DNA of 64,000 bases from Tubulanus polymorphus. Taxonomy: Eukaryota > Animalia > Nemertea. Location: assembly GCF_964204645.1 (NCBI RefSeq), contig NC_134030.1:17444210-17508209 (forward strand), read 5' to 3'. The notes below the pieces were generated by a model, which searched no databases, was not told where the DNA came from, and saw only the letters and a list, made by a program, of their open reading frames with translations. The translations under genes were made by a program, and so were the position numbers. Of the stretch, positions 24,301-36,840 are shown piece after piece. Within the stretch, counting starts at the first letter, position 1. The number at the start of each line of letters is the position of its first letter.

Positions 24301-27300
24301 AACAACTCCTACTATAGATTAAGTCTTTTTATGGTGTATAAATATTCATTATCAAAAACCAAAATCAGTCTATTTGAGATGAGTATAGAAACAACTCCTA
24401 CTATAGATTAAGTCTTTTAATGTGTATAAGTATTAATTATCAAAAACCAAAATCAGTCTATTTTAGATGAGAATAGAAATGACTCCTACTATAGATTAAG
24501 CCTTTTTATAGTGTATGAATATTAGTTATCAAAACCAGCAGTCAGTTTATTTCAGATATGTTTAGAAACAACTTCTACTATAGATTAAGCCTTTTTATAG
24601 TGTATAACTGTTTGTCATCAAAAACCAAATCCGTGTATTTTACATGAGTATAGGAATGACTCTTTCTATAGATTAAGCATTTTTGATAGTGTATAAATAT
24701 TGATTTTTCGAAAACCAACAGTTAGTTTATTTGAGATGTAAGCTTTTTCATTGTGTCTATTAGTCATCAAAAACTAAAGTCAGTTTATTTGTGATGAGTA
24801 TAGAAACAACTTCTTCTATAGATTAAGCCTTTTTATGGTGTATAAGTATTAATTATCAAAAACCTAAATCAGTCAATTTGAGAGGAGTATAGAAACGACT
24901 CTTACTATAGATTAAGCTTTTTTTAAGTGTATAAATATTAGTTATCAAAACCAGTAGTCAGTTTATTTGAGATATGTATAGAAATAGTGTATAAGTATTA
25001 ATTATCAAAAACCAAAATCAGTCTATTTGAGATGAGTATAGAAACGACTCCTACTATAGATTAAGCTTTTTTATAGTGTATAAATATTAATTATCAAAAA
25101 CCAAAATCAGTCTATTTGAGATGAGTATAGAAACGACTCCTACTATAGATTAAGCTTTTTTATAGTGTATAAATATTAGTTATCAAAACCAGCAGTCAGT
25201 TTATTTGAGATATGTATAGAAACAACTCCTACTATAGATAAAGCGCTTTATAGTGTATAAGTATTAATTATAAAAAGCCATACTCAGTTTATTTGAGATG
25301 AGTATAGAAACAACTCCTACTATAGATTAAGTCTTTTTATGGTGTATAAGTATTCATTATCAAAAACCAAAATCAGTCTATTTGAGATGAGTATAGAAAC
25401 AACTCCTATTATAGATTAAGTCTTTTTATGGTGTATAAGTATTCATTATCAAAAACCAAAATCAGTCTATTTGAGATGAGTATAGAAACAACTCCTACTA
25501 TAGATTAAGCTTTTTTATAGTGTATAAATATTAGTTATCAAAACCAGTAGTCAGTTTATTTGAGATATGTATAGAAACAACTCCTACTATAGATTAAGCC
25601 TTTTTATAGTGTATAAGTATTAATTATCCAAAACCAAAATCAGTCTATTTGAGATGAGAATAGAAATGACTCCCACTATAGATTAAGCTTTTTTATAGTG
25701 TATAGATATTAGTTATCAAAACCAGCAGTCAGTTTATTTGAGATATGTATAGAAACAACTTCTACTATAGATTAAGCCTTTTTATAGTGTATAACTGTTT
25801 GTCATCAAAAACCAAATCCGTGTATTTTACATGAGTATAGGAATGACTCTTTCTATAGATTAAGCTTTTTTATAGTGTATAAATATTAATTTTCGAAAAC
25901 CAACGGTCAGTTTATTTGAGATGTAAGCTTTTTCATTGTGTCTATTAGTCATCATAAACTAAAGTCAGTTTATTTGTGATGAGTATAGAAACAACTTCTT
26001 CTATAGATTAAGCTTGATTATAGTGATGAATATTAATTATCAAAAACCAACAGTCAGTTTATTTAAGATGAGTATAGAAACAACTCCTACTATAGATTAA
26101 TTCTTTTTATGGTGTATAAGTATTAATTATCAAAAACCTAAAGCAGTCAATTTGAGATGAGTATAGAAACGACTCTTACTATAGATTAAGCTTTTTTAAA
26201 GTGTATAAATATTAGTTATCAAAACCAGTAGTCAGTTTATTTGAGATATGTATAGAAACAACTCCTACTATAGATTAAGCCTTTTTATAGTGTATAAGTA
26301 TTAATTATAAAAAGCCATAGTCAGTTTATTTGAGATGAGTATAGAAACAACTCCTACTATAGATTAAGTCTTTTAATGTGTATAAGTATTAATTATCAAA
26401 AACCAAAATCAGTCTATTTTAGATGAGAATAGAAATGACTCCTACTATAGATTAAGCCTTTTTATAGTGTATGAATATTAGTTATCAAAACCAGCAGTCA
26501 GTTTATTTCAGATATGTTTAGAAACAACTTCTACTATAGATTAAGCCTTTTTATAGTGTATAACTGTTTGTCATCAAAAACCAAATCCGTGTATTTTACA
26601 TGAGTATAGGAATGACTCTTTCTATAGATTAAGCATTTTTGATAGTGTATAAATATTGATTTTTCGAAAACCAACAGTTAGTTTATTTGAGATGTAAGCT
26701 TTTTCATTGTGTCTATTAGTCATCAAAAACTAAAGTCAGTTTATTTGTGATGAGTATAGAAACAACTTCTTCTATAGATTAAGCCTTTTTATGGTGTATA
26801 AGTATTAATTATCAAAAACCTAAATCAGTCAATTTGAGAGGAGTATAGAAACGACTCTTACTATAGATTAAGCTTTTTTTAAGTGTATAAATATTAGTTA
26901 TCAAAACCAGTAGTCAGTTTATTTGAGATATGTATAGAAATAGTGTATAAGTATTAATTATCAAAAACCAAAATCAGTCTATTTGAGATGAGTATAGAAA
27001 CGACTCCTACTATAGATTAAGCTTTTTTATAGTGTATAAATATTAGTTATCAAAACCAGCAGTCAGTTTATTTGAGATATGTATAGAAACAACTTCTACT
27101 ATAGATTAAGCCTTTTTATAGTGTATAACTGTTTGTCATCAAAAACCAAATCCGTGTATTTTACATGAGTATAGAAACGACTCTTACTATAGATTAAGCT
27201 TTTTTTAAGTGTATAAATATTAGTTATCAAAACCAGTAGTCAGTTTATTTGAGATATGTATAGAAATAGTGTATAAGTATTAATTATCAAAAACCAAAAT

Positions 27301-30300
27301 CAGTCTATTTGAGATGAGTATAGAAACGACTCCTACTATAGATTAAGCTTTTTTATAGTGTATAAATATTAGTTATCAAAACCAGCAGTCAGTTTATTTG
27401 AGATATGTATAGAAACAACTTCTACTATAGATTAAGCCTTTTTATAGTGTATAACTGTTTGTCATCAAAAACCAATCCGTGTATTTTACATGAGTATAGA
27501 AACGACTCTTACTATAGATTAAGCTTTTTTTAAGTGTATAAATATTAGTTATCAAAACCAGTAGTCAGTTTATTTGAGATATGTATAGAAATAGTGTATA
27601 AGTATTAATTATCAAAAACCAAAATCAGTCTATTTGAGATGAGTATAGAAACGACTCCTACTATAGATTAAGCTTTTTTATAGTGTATAAATATTAGTTA
27701 TCAAAACCAGCAGTCAGTTTATTTGAGATATGTATAGAAACAACTTCTACTATAGATTAAGCCTTTTTATAGTGTATAACTGTTTGTCATCAAAAACCAA
27801 ATCCGTGTATTTTACATGAGTATAGAAACGACTCTTACTATAGATTAAGCTTTTTTAAAGTGTATAAATATTAGTTATCAAAACCAGTAGTCAGTTTATT
27901 TGAGATATGTTTAGAAACAACTCCTACTATAGATTAAGCCTTTTTATAGTGTATAAGTATTAATTATAAAAGCAATAGTCAGTATATTTGAGATGAGTAT
28001 AGAAACAACTCCTACTATAGATTAAGTCTTTTAATAGTGTATAAGTATTAATTATCAAAAACCAAAATCAGTCTATTTGAGATGAGAATAGAAATGACTC
28101 CTACTATAGATTAAGCATTTTTATAGTGAATAAATATTAGTTATCAAAACCAGCAGTCAGTTTATTTGAGATATGTATAGAAACAACTTCTTCAATAGAT
28201 TAAGCCTTTTTATAGTTTATAACTATTTGTCATCAATAACCAAATCAGTGTATTTGACATGAGTAAAGGAACGCTTCTTTCTATAGATTAAGCTTTTTTA
28301 TAGCATATAAATATTAATTATCGAAAACCAACAGTCAGTTTATTTGAGATGATAATAGAAACAACTACTCCTATAGATTAAGCCTCTTTATTGTGTCTAT
28401 CAAAAAACCATAAGTCAGTTTATTTGAGATAAGTATAGAAACGACTGCTTCCATAGATTAAGTCTTTTGTATAGTTAATGAACACTAATTATCAAAAACC
28501 AAAGACAGTTTATTTCAGATGAGTATAGAAACAACTACTACTATAGATTAAGCCTCTTTATTGTGTCTATTAGTCATCAAAAACTAAAGTCAGTTTATTT
28601 CAGATGAGTATAGAAACAACTCCAACTATAGATTAAGCCTTATTATAGTGTATAACTATTTGTCATAAAAAACCAAATCAGCGTATTCGACATGAGTATA
28701 GAAACAACTCCTACTATAGATTAAGCTTTTTATAGTGTATAACTTTAGGCCTAAGTCATCAAAAATGAAAATCAGTCTATGTGAGATGAGTATAGAAACG
28801 ACTCCTATTATAGATTGAGCTTTTTTATAGTGTATAAATATCAGTTATCAAAAACCAACGGTCAGTTTATTTGAGATGAGTATAGAAATGACTCCTACTA
28901 TACATTAAGCCATTTTTATAGTGTATAAACGTTATTTATCAATAACCAGTCAGTTTATTTGAGATGATTATAGAAGTGACTACTTCTATAAGTCTTTTTA
29001 AAAGTGTATAAATATAAGTTATCAAAAACAAAAATCAGTTTATTTGAGATGAGTATAGAAATGACTACTACTATCGATTAAGCCTTTTTATTGTGTATAA
29101 ATATCAATCATCAAAAACAAAAGTCAGTTTATTTGAGTTGAGTATAGAAACGACTCCTACTATGGATTAAGTCTTTTTTATAGTGTATAAATATTAATTA
29201 TCTAAAGCCAAAGTCAATTTAGGCCTATATAAGATAAGTATAAGAATGTGTCCTACCATGGAATGGATTCAATTATAGTGTATAAGTTATAATCTTTAAA
29301 GAAACAGTCTATTTGAGATTAGTATAAGAATGTGTCCAATCATAGAATTAATTAATTTCAGTATTGTGTATAAATATTTATCTTTAGAACCAAAGTCAGT
29401 CTATTTGAGATAAATGTAAAAACGACTCCTATCGATTAAGTCTTTTTCATGCTGTATAAGTATCAATCATCAAAAACCGAAGTCAATCTAGACCTATTTG
29501 AGATATGTATGAGAATGTGTCCTAGCATAGAATGAATTCAATTATTGATTGAATCTCAGTAAAGTGTGTGAATATTGATTACCAAAAACCTCAGTTCAAT
29601 TGAGATGATTATATAAAAAAATGACCCTTAGAATAATATGATCCAGAGAATAGTGTTAAACATAAATCTTCGAGAACCAGTCATCTAAAAGGAGATGATT
29701 GCAGAAAAACAACCTCCTTCTAGAATAATTCACAATAAAGCGTGCCATGGTATCTTCAAATACCTAAGTCAGTTTGTTTGTGATAAGTGTTAAAACGACT
29801 CCTAAGTCTTTTTCATACAGTATGAAAAATACTATACAGTATTACTGTATAAATATTAATCCAAAAAACCAGTCTATTTGAGATAAACTGTAGCTGTAGT
29901 GTATAAATATTGATCATCAAAAACCAAAGTCAATCTAGACCTATTTGAGATAGTATAAGAAGATAAGTTGTATAAGAATGTGTCCTTCCATAGAATGAAT
30001 TCAATTATAGTGTATAAGTTACAATCTTTAAAGAAAACAGTCTATTTGAGATGAATATAAAAACTACTCCTCCTGTAGATTGAATCTCAGTAAAGTGTGC
30101 GAATATTAATCACCAAAAACCAAAGTCAGTCTATTTGAGATAAGTATAAGGATGTGTTCTACCATAGAATTAATTTCAGAATAGTGTATAAATATTTATC
30201 TTCAAAATCAAAGTCAGTCTATTTCAGATGAGTATAAAAATGGCTCCTACGATAGATTGAATCTCAGTCAAGTGTGCAAATATTAATTACCATAACCGGA

Positions 30301-30789
30301 GTCACTTTATTTGAGAAGAATATGCAACGACACATTGTGTAGAATGACTCGCAGAATAGTCATTCTCAATATATGTTATTTTCAAAAACCACAGTCAGTT
30401 TAATCGAGATGATTATATAAAAATGACCCTTAGAATAATATGATTCAGAGAATAGTGTTAAACATAAATCTTCGAGAACCAGTCATCTCAAAGGAGATGA
30501 TTGTAGAAAAACAACCTCCGTCTAGAATAATTCACAATAAAGCGTGTCATGGTATCTTCAAATACCTAAGTCAGTCTGTTTGTGATGAGTACATAAAGGT
30601 GACACCTTTTATAGAATAAATGTAAATATAGTTTTTCTGTATAAATAGGTATCTTCAAGCAGCAAATTCAGTCCATTTTATATTTAGGATATTGATGCCC
30701 CAGTCTATGCATTTTGTTATTTTCTTTGTTATCTTTGTAAATTCTTATCATTTAGGCCTGTGCCTAATCAGTAATTTGGTTATTTTCAG

Positions 30790-30891
30790 AGTGAACAACA
30801 AGGAGGAGATCGAAACGAATAGTTTGCGCAAAGGATTTGTCTTTATTTTCAAGATGTAAATTTGAAGTAAAAGGTGTCAGTAAAAAAATTG
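30790..30891 (+). other. Duplicated exon, copy 3
   Basis: Same splice signals, 102 nt. Confidence 0.65.
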
Positions 30892-32715
30892 GTAAGTCAT
30901 TACAGTATCCTTATTGAGCCCTCGGTTTTTTTGACCAATTGGATATCGACCATTTTAGTACTACTTCCCATTTTTGACCAGAAGATTGTCACCGATTCAC
31001 CAGCTATCATGAGCCTGGGCTAAGCAGGTGATTTTAAGTCATAAAACGGTCATATTCCCTGGCTTTTGTTTCTACACATAAACCCTTCCGTATAATGATT
31101 CACAATATTTCTATATAAATTATGTATCTTAATGTAGAACGACTGGCAGTAAAGTATTCCTATAGAAATATTACTCTTCAAAAACCAAAGTTGGTATGAG
31201 TATACATTGTATATAAAAATGACCCCTACTATAAAATAATTCCAAGTGTAGTATTTCTACATGAATATTACTATTTAGAACCAAGTCAGTCCTTTTGCGA
31301 TGATTATTAATCAACTGACCCCTACTTCACAGTATAGTGTGTCATGTTTTACTCTCCAAAAACCAAATTCAGACCATTTGAGATGAGTATATAAAATGAC
31401 CTTTTTCATAGTGTATAAATATTAACTATAAAATACCAAACTCAGTCTAGTTGAGATATGTATAGAAACGACTCCTACTATAGATTTAGTCTTTTGATAG
31501 TGTATAAATATGGATCATCAAAAACCAAAGTCAATCTAGGCCTTTTTTATATAAGTATAAGAATGTGTCCTACCATGGAATGGATTCAATTATAGTGTAT
31601 TAGTTATAATCTTAAAAAAAAAAACAGTCTATTTGAGATTAGTATAAGAATGTGTCCAACCATAGAATTAATTAATTTCAGTATAGCGTATAAATATTTA
31701 TCTTTAAAACCAAAGTCAGTCTATTTGAAATAAGTGTAAAAACGACTCCTACTATAGATTAAGTCTTTTTTCCTTCTGTATAAATATTAATCATAAAAAA
31801 CCAGTCTATTTGAGTTAAACTGTAGCTGTAGTGTATAAATATTGATAATCAAAAACCAAAGTCAATCTAGACCTATTTGAGATAAGTATAAGAAGATAAG
31901 TTGTATAAGAATGTGTCCTTCCATAGAATGAATTCAATTATAGTGTATAAGTTACAATCTTCAAAGAAAACAGTCTATTTGAGATGAATATAAAAACTAC
32001 TCCTCCTGTAGATTGAATCTCAGTAAAGTGTGCGAATATTAATCACCAAAAACCAAAGTCAGTCTATTTGAGATAAGTATAAGGATGTGTTCTACCATAG
32101 AATTAATTTCAGAATAGTGTATAAATATTTATCTTCAAAATCAAAGTCAGTCTATTTCAGATGAGTATAAAAATGGCTCCTACGATAGATTGAATCTCAG
32201 TAAAGGTGTGCAAATATTAATTACCATAACCGGAGTCACTTTATTTGAGAAGAATATGCAACGACACATTGTGTGGAATGACTCGCAGAATAGTCATTCT
32301 CAATATATGTTATTTCCAAAAACCACAGTCAGTTTAATCGAGATGATTATATAAAAATGACCCTTAGAATAATATGATCCAGAGAATAGTGTTAAACATA
32401 AATCTTCGAGAACCAGTCATCTCAAAGGAGATGATTGCAGAAAAACAACCTCCGTCTAGAATAATTCACAATAAAGCGTGCCATGGTATCTTAAAATACC
32501 TAAGTCAGTCTGTTTGTGATGAGCACATAAAGGTGACACCTTGTATAGAATAAATGTAAATATAGTATTTCTATATAAATAGGGATCTTCAAGCAGCAAA
32601 TTCAGTCCATTTTATATTTAGGATATTGATGCCCCAGTCTATGCAATTTTGTTATTTTCTTTGTAAATTCTTATCATTTAGGCCTGTGCCTAATCTGGAA
32701 TTTGGTTATTTTTAA

Positions 32716-32817
32716 AGTGAACATCAAGGAGGAGATCGAAACGAATAGTTTGGACTAAGGATTTGCCTTAATTTTCGAGATGTAAATTTGAAGTAAAAAG
32801 TGTCAGTAAAGAAATTG
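32716..32817 (+). other. Duplicated exon, copy 4 (acceptor CAG mutated to TAA; next AG 2 nt downstream)
   Basis: ttatttttaa|agtgaac...ATTG|gtaagt, 1926 bp after copy 3. Confidence 0.55.
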
Positions 32818-33725
32818 GTAAGTCATTACAGTATCCTTATTGAGCCCTCATTTTATTTACCAATTGGATATCGACCATTTTAGTACTACTTCCCATTTTT
32901 GACCAGAAGATTGTCACCGATTCACCAGCTATCATGAGCCTGGGCTAAGCAGGTGATTTTAAGTCACAAAATGGTAATATTCACTGGCTTTTGTTTCTAC
33001 ACATAAACCCTTCCGTATAATGATTCACAATATTTCTATATAAATATGTATCTTAATGTAGAACGACTGGTAGTAAAGTATTCCTATAGAAATATTACTC
33101 TTCAAAAACCAAAGTTGGTATGAGTATACATTGTATATAAAAATGACCCCTACTATAAAATAATTCCAAGTGTAGTATTTCTACATGAATATTACTATTT
33201 AAAACCAAGCCAGTCCTTTTGAGATGATTATTAATCAACTGACCCCTACTTCACGTAGTATATAAAACATATAAAAATGACCCTTACTATAGAACTGATC
33301 CCTACTTCACGGTTTAGTTTTTACGTGTATTACTTTCCATAAACCTAAATTCATTCCATTTGAAATGAGTGTATAAAATGACCCTTACTATAGAATTATT
33401 CTCAATATATACAGTATTCCTATATAAGTTTAATTTCTTAAATTACAACCTCAGTCTATTTGAGTTGTACATTTGGGAGGAGTACATGAAAATGACTGTA
33501 CTATTGAATGATTCACATGGTGATCATCCTGATAATCCCTAAAATCAACATATTGTTGTTCATTCCTTCAATTATTGCCGATATCGAAACATTTGAATAC
33601 GACTCCCAGATGTGTGCTGCTACATCAGAAAATTGTTTTTCTTTGGAAAAGTACAATGCGTATTAAAATTGAATGGGCTTTATTTTGTCATACTCATATT
33701 TGAAATTATCATATTTTTTTTCTAG

Positions 33726-34805
33726 GGAAGAAGTGATGGAGCAAAACCGAAGAAACGCGTTTTATGGACCTTTTTGAAATTATATCGAGCAGAGGCTACT
33801 TTGTCCAACTTCTATTCTGTTTACACAACCTATAGAATGTTGTCCATTATCATGCAGAATGTCATTTGTTTTGATACACTCGGACTGTTGATCATGTTGT
33901 GATTATGTCATATAGCTAATTTACTCACTTTAAGATTGTTCATTCATAATTCCTTTAATGTTTAGTTGTTTTGCGGTTAAACAATTTTACCATATTGTGT
34001 TAAATGTTTGGTGGTTTACAGTGGCAAAAGATTAGTTCAGTGTATGTTCATCTGGGGTGTTGCATATAAAATTGTCAGATTGCAATTGGAATCTTCTTGA
34101 TTGGGCAGTGTCTGGACCCCTTGTTTTTCATACTATATACCTTTCATGAATGTATCTCTTTTGGATGAATACACTTACACAAAGACTTGAACCCATTTAT
34201 TATTGCGGAAATTATGACTGTAATTTTAAGTAGTTTATTCTGCTATTTTCTCTGTAATTCTGAAGAAGTTAAGAGATAATGGTTAATAATATTTTATAGA
34301 TTATCACAAGGGTTAAGTTGGACCACCTGTGTAATGTGTTTAAAATATATAATCAGAATTAATGTACTTTGTAATCTGGGGTCAGTTAATCAAAAGTTGG
34401 TTCAAAAGCTGGCAAACCAGTAGATAGTTGACACGGTAACAATTGAAAGTTCATTGTTACTACGGTATCTGTCTGCCATTTATCTTTCTCGAACATTTGA
34501 GTTACTGACTCCACTCTGACTTATGTGTTTGTCAAAGTTAAATAAATATAACTAGCTTCTGTATGCATACTCTGAACGGTAAGATTTTAAGACAAATGGT
34601 AATCGAAGGATCTCATATGCTCGCGAAATATGAGGTCATAGGTTGGAATTTTCAATGAGTATCGAACAAAGCACCATCACCAAGTTGCACCAGTCACACG
34701 ATCACATATTATGTTTGTAATTGAAAATATTTTTTCTAATTGTACTTGAAGACATGTACACTTAATTATATATAAATGAAAATAAACATGCTGTTTCCAC
34801 CATAA
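33726..34805 (+). other. Putative terminal exon / 3' UTR of satellite-hosting unit
   Basis: Acceptor ttttttttctag| at 33725, T-rich UTR-like sequence, AATAAA at 34541 and 34781. Confidence 0.5.
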
Positions 34806-34919
34806 CTCGTGATATAAATCTAATAGTTTTATCGATCAATAATTTTAAAATGAAGCATCAGGCAGTGTAGAAGGATTTCCTAAAGGATGTGTGCAGATCT
34901 ATCCCAAAGTTTATCCACT

Positions 34920-36840
34920 CCCTACCAATACTCAACTTGATAGCAGCGTAAAGCATGAGCATGTATAGCAAGGATTGACTGACTTCTGGCAACATACTAT
35001 GGACGTTACCGTACTTAAGGCCCCACTACCATGTGTTATTAAGGAGCTTATCCGAGACCCTCAATCTCCAGTATCCGACAAAGATTTCAAGCGAATGATG
35101 CAGGTGACATAAGCGAAACTACCAATATATGTTTGAGAAGATTCCATCAGGCTGACGTTGGTTGGAGAAAATATGTATGAACTATATGAGTCGTCCTATC
35201 CTACCCATCTTAAATACCGGTACTCATACCAAATACGCTGGGGTAGAGTCATTCTAAACTATAAGCCATTTAATATGCCTTAAATTGGCTGACGATACGT
35301 GTTAGCCACAATTTAAAGTAAAATACAAGGAGTATATCTATGCTAGGAGTCATTTAATACTCATTTCAACAGTGCGAAGATAGATACAGTAATCCCCATT
35401 ATATTCTTAGTCAGTGTCGCGCATACTCTCGTGATATACCATATTTATCTGATATTGCGAGCTTGTGCCGGCCAGACATATTGCAAAGAGTCATACTCAT
35501 ACTACATATGAGTATGTACATTTCATTCTAGTAATCTCATTGGTCTTTCGTTGCCCGCCAAACACCATACTTTATCATTTTATCTATTATATTATATATA
35601 GTAATGTGTAGATAATAAAATCACTGTTTAAACCAAGCGGTCAGAGATTTACCAATTTCAGTCCTGGTCTGTGTGACTGGCACGAGGTGACTTTGGGTCA
35701 CCACCCTGTGTCTGGTCAAGCACACTATACTGTAACCAAGCAACAGCCGGCGCTCACCAAATCTTTCTGTAAATGTTTTTTAATCAGCTTGCGCGTAGTG
35801 ACAAAACGCAGTCATTTTATGCGGTCAATAAATATATCTATTATCGTATCGGCAAAATGCTACCCTAGACATACACGCGGCCAAGCTATGTACCCGTCCT
35901 GTGTTATATCATGATTGAGTTAAGTTGATTATTTTGCTATAAAATATGGTCCCATTTATTTGATTTGAAGATTTCACTTGATTTGGATGAATTTACTTTT
36001 TATGTTTCTTTTAAATCGAATTAATTAATTGGAAAAACATTTGAGTCCATTTTCCTAAGATATTTTGTGAACCCCTGTACTGCACGGGAGAAACTGGATA
36101 ACACATTGTCGGGTATTTCATGGATATTTTAACACCGGTCCTTCACCAACCAAAGCGCACAGACGACGTCAACCCGTGACAATGTTTCGCTGTTTGTCTC
36201 TTATAGTTTAGATATAGACACTTCAAATTGATATAGATACATTTCAAATAGACTGACGCGGGCTCGGGGAGATTTATATATAGTAGGTATACCAGTCACC
36301 CTGTGCGAAGATTCATTAAATCTACTCATCAATTGGCTCACCTTGGGCTAAAAAGGTGATACCTTGTTTTTCCGTTTGCTGAGCGTAAAGGTCGACCCCG
36401 CTAGTTTATACATCCATGGATGAACGTGGGTCAAGTTTGCCAATGATGAATATGGGAGAAATATATGTAGTAGATATACGACGAGTGATCCTGAGTCGTT
36501 TTATACGTTATATACTCAATCCAATTAGGTTTATGTTGGTTTTTGGGGAAAATATGTATAAGTAGGCCTGTTACATATACAACGAGTCATTCAATGTTAG
36601 GAGTCAGTGTAGTACGAGTTAAGTGTACTTATTTAGTGTACTCATACTAGATCACGAGTCATCCTATGTGATCAGTTATTTGATATACTCATCTTGAATA
36701 GGCTTTGAATAATAAGATACTCATTTCAAAATTGGCTGACGTTGGGGTAAAAATGTATGTATATACATATTAGTTATACAACGAGTCATTTGATTGTGAG
36801 AGTCATTTATTATATACTCATATCAAATTAACATACAGTC
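34920..36840 (-). repeat. Highly decayed, inverted copies of the 89-bp satellite monomer
   Basis: For example gagtcatttattatatactcatatcaaattaac (~36800) and atactcatttcaaaattggctgacgttgg (~36717) match the reverse complement ggagtcrtttctatactcatctcaaatagactgactttgg. Confidence 0.7.

Larger units (their letters stand above)
11372..33500. repeat. ~89-bp AT-rich satellite array with higher-order repeats; homogeneous cores at ~11372-15450 and ~18860-29200, degenerate monomers at edges and inside cassettes
   Basis: Period read directly (tgtataa at 11641, 11730, 11819). Consensus approximately atagtgtataartattarttatcaaaaaccaaartcagtytatttgagatgagtatagaaacractcctactatagattaagcttttt. An isolated monomer lies at ~10803-10892. 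Confidence 0.97.

Noticed and set aside
11372-33500. CRISPR-like array (conserved core plus variable part)
   Set aside because: The variable parts are a few recurring homologous variants rather than unique spacers; eukaryotic context and no cas genes.
10300-33700. snoRNA host gene with tandem C/D or H/ACA snoRNAs
   Set aside because: The architecture is suggestive, but the GTGATGA/ATGATGA hits have no suitably placed CTGA box or are satellite variants, and no two-hairpin H/ACA fold was evident.
34100-34122. miR-34-like sequence (gggcagtgtctgg)
   Set aside because: Only the seed region resembles it; no precursor hairpin seen.
7882-34630. Terminal inverted repeat pair (tcatatttccgag ~7887 vs ctcgcgaaatatga ~34620) enclosing the satellite unit
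   Set aside because: The match is only ~13 bp, imperfect, and does not extend.
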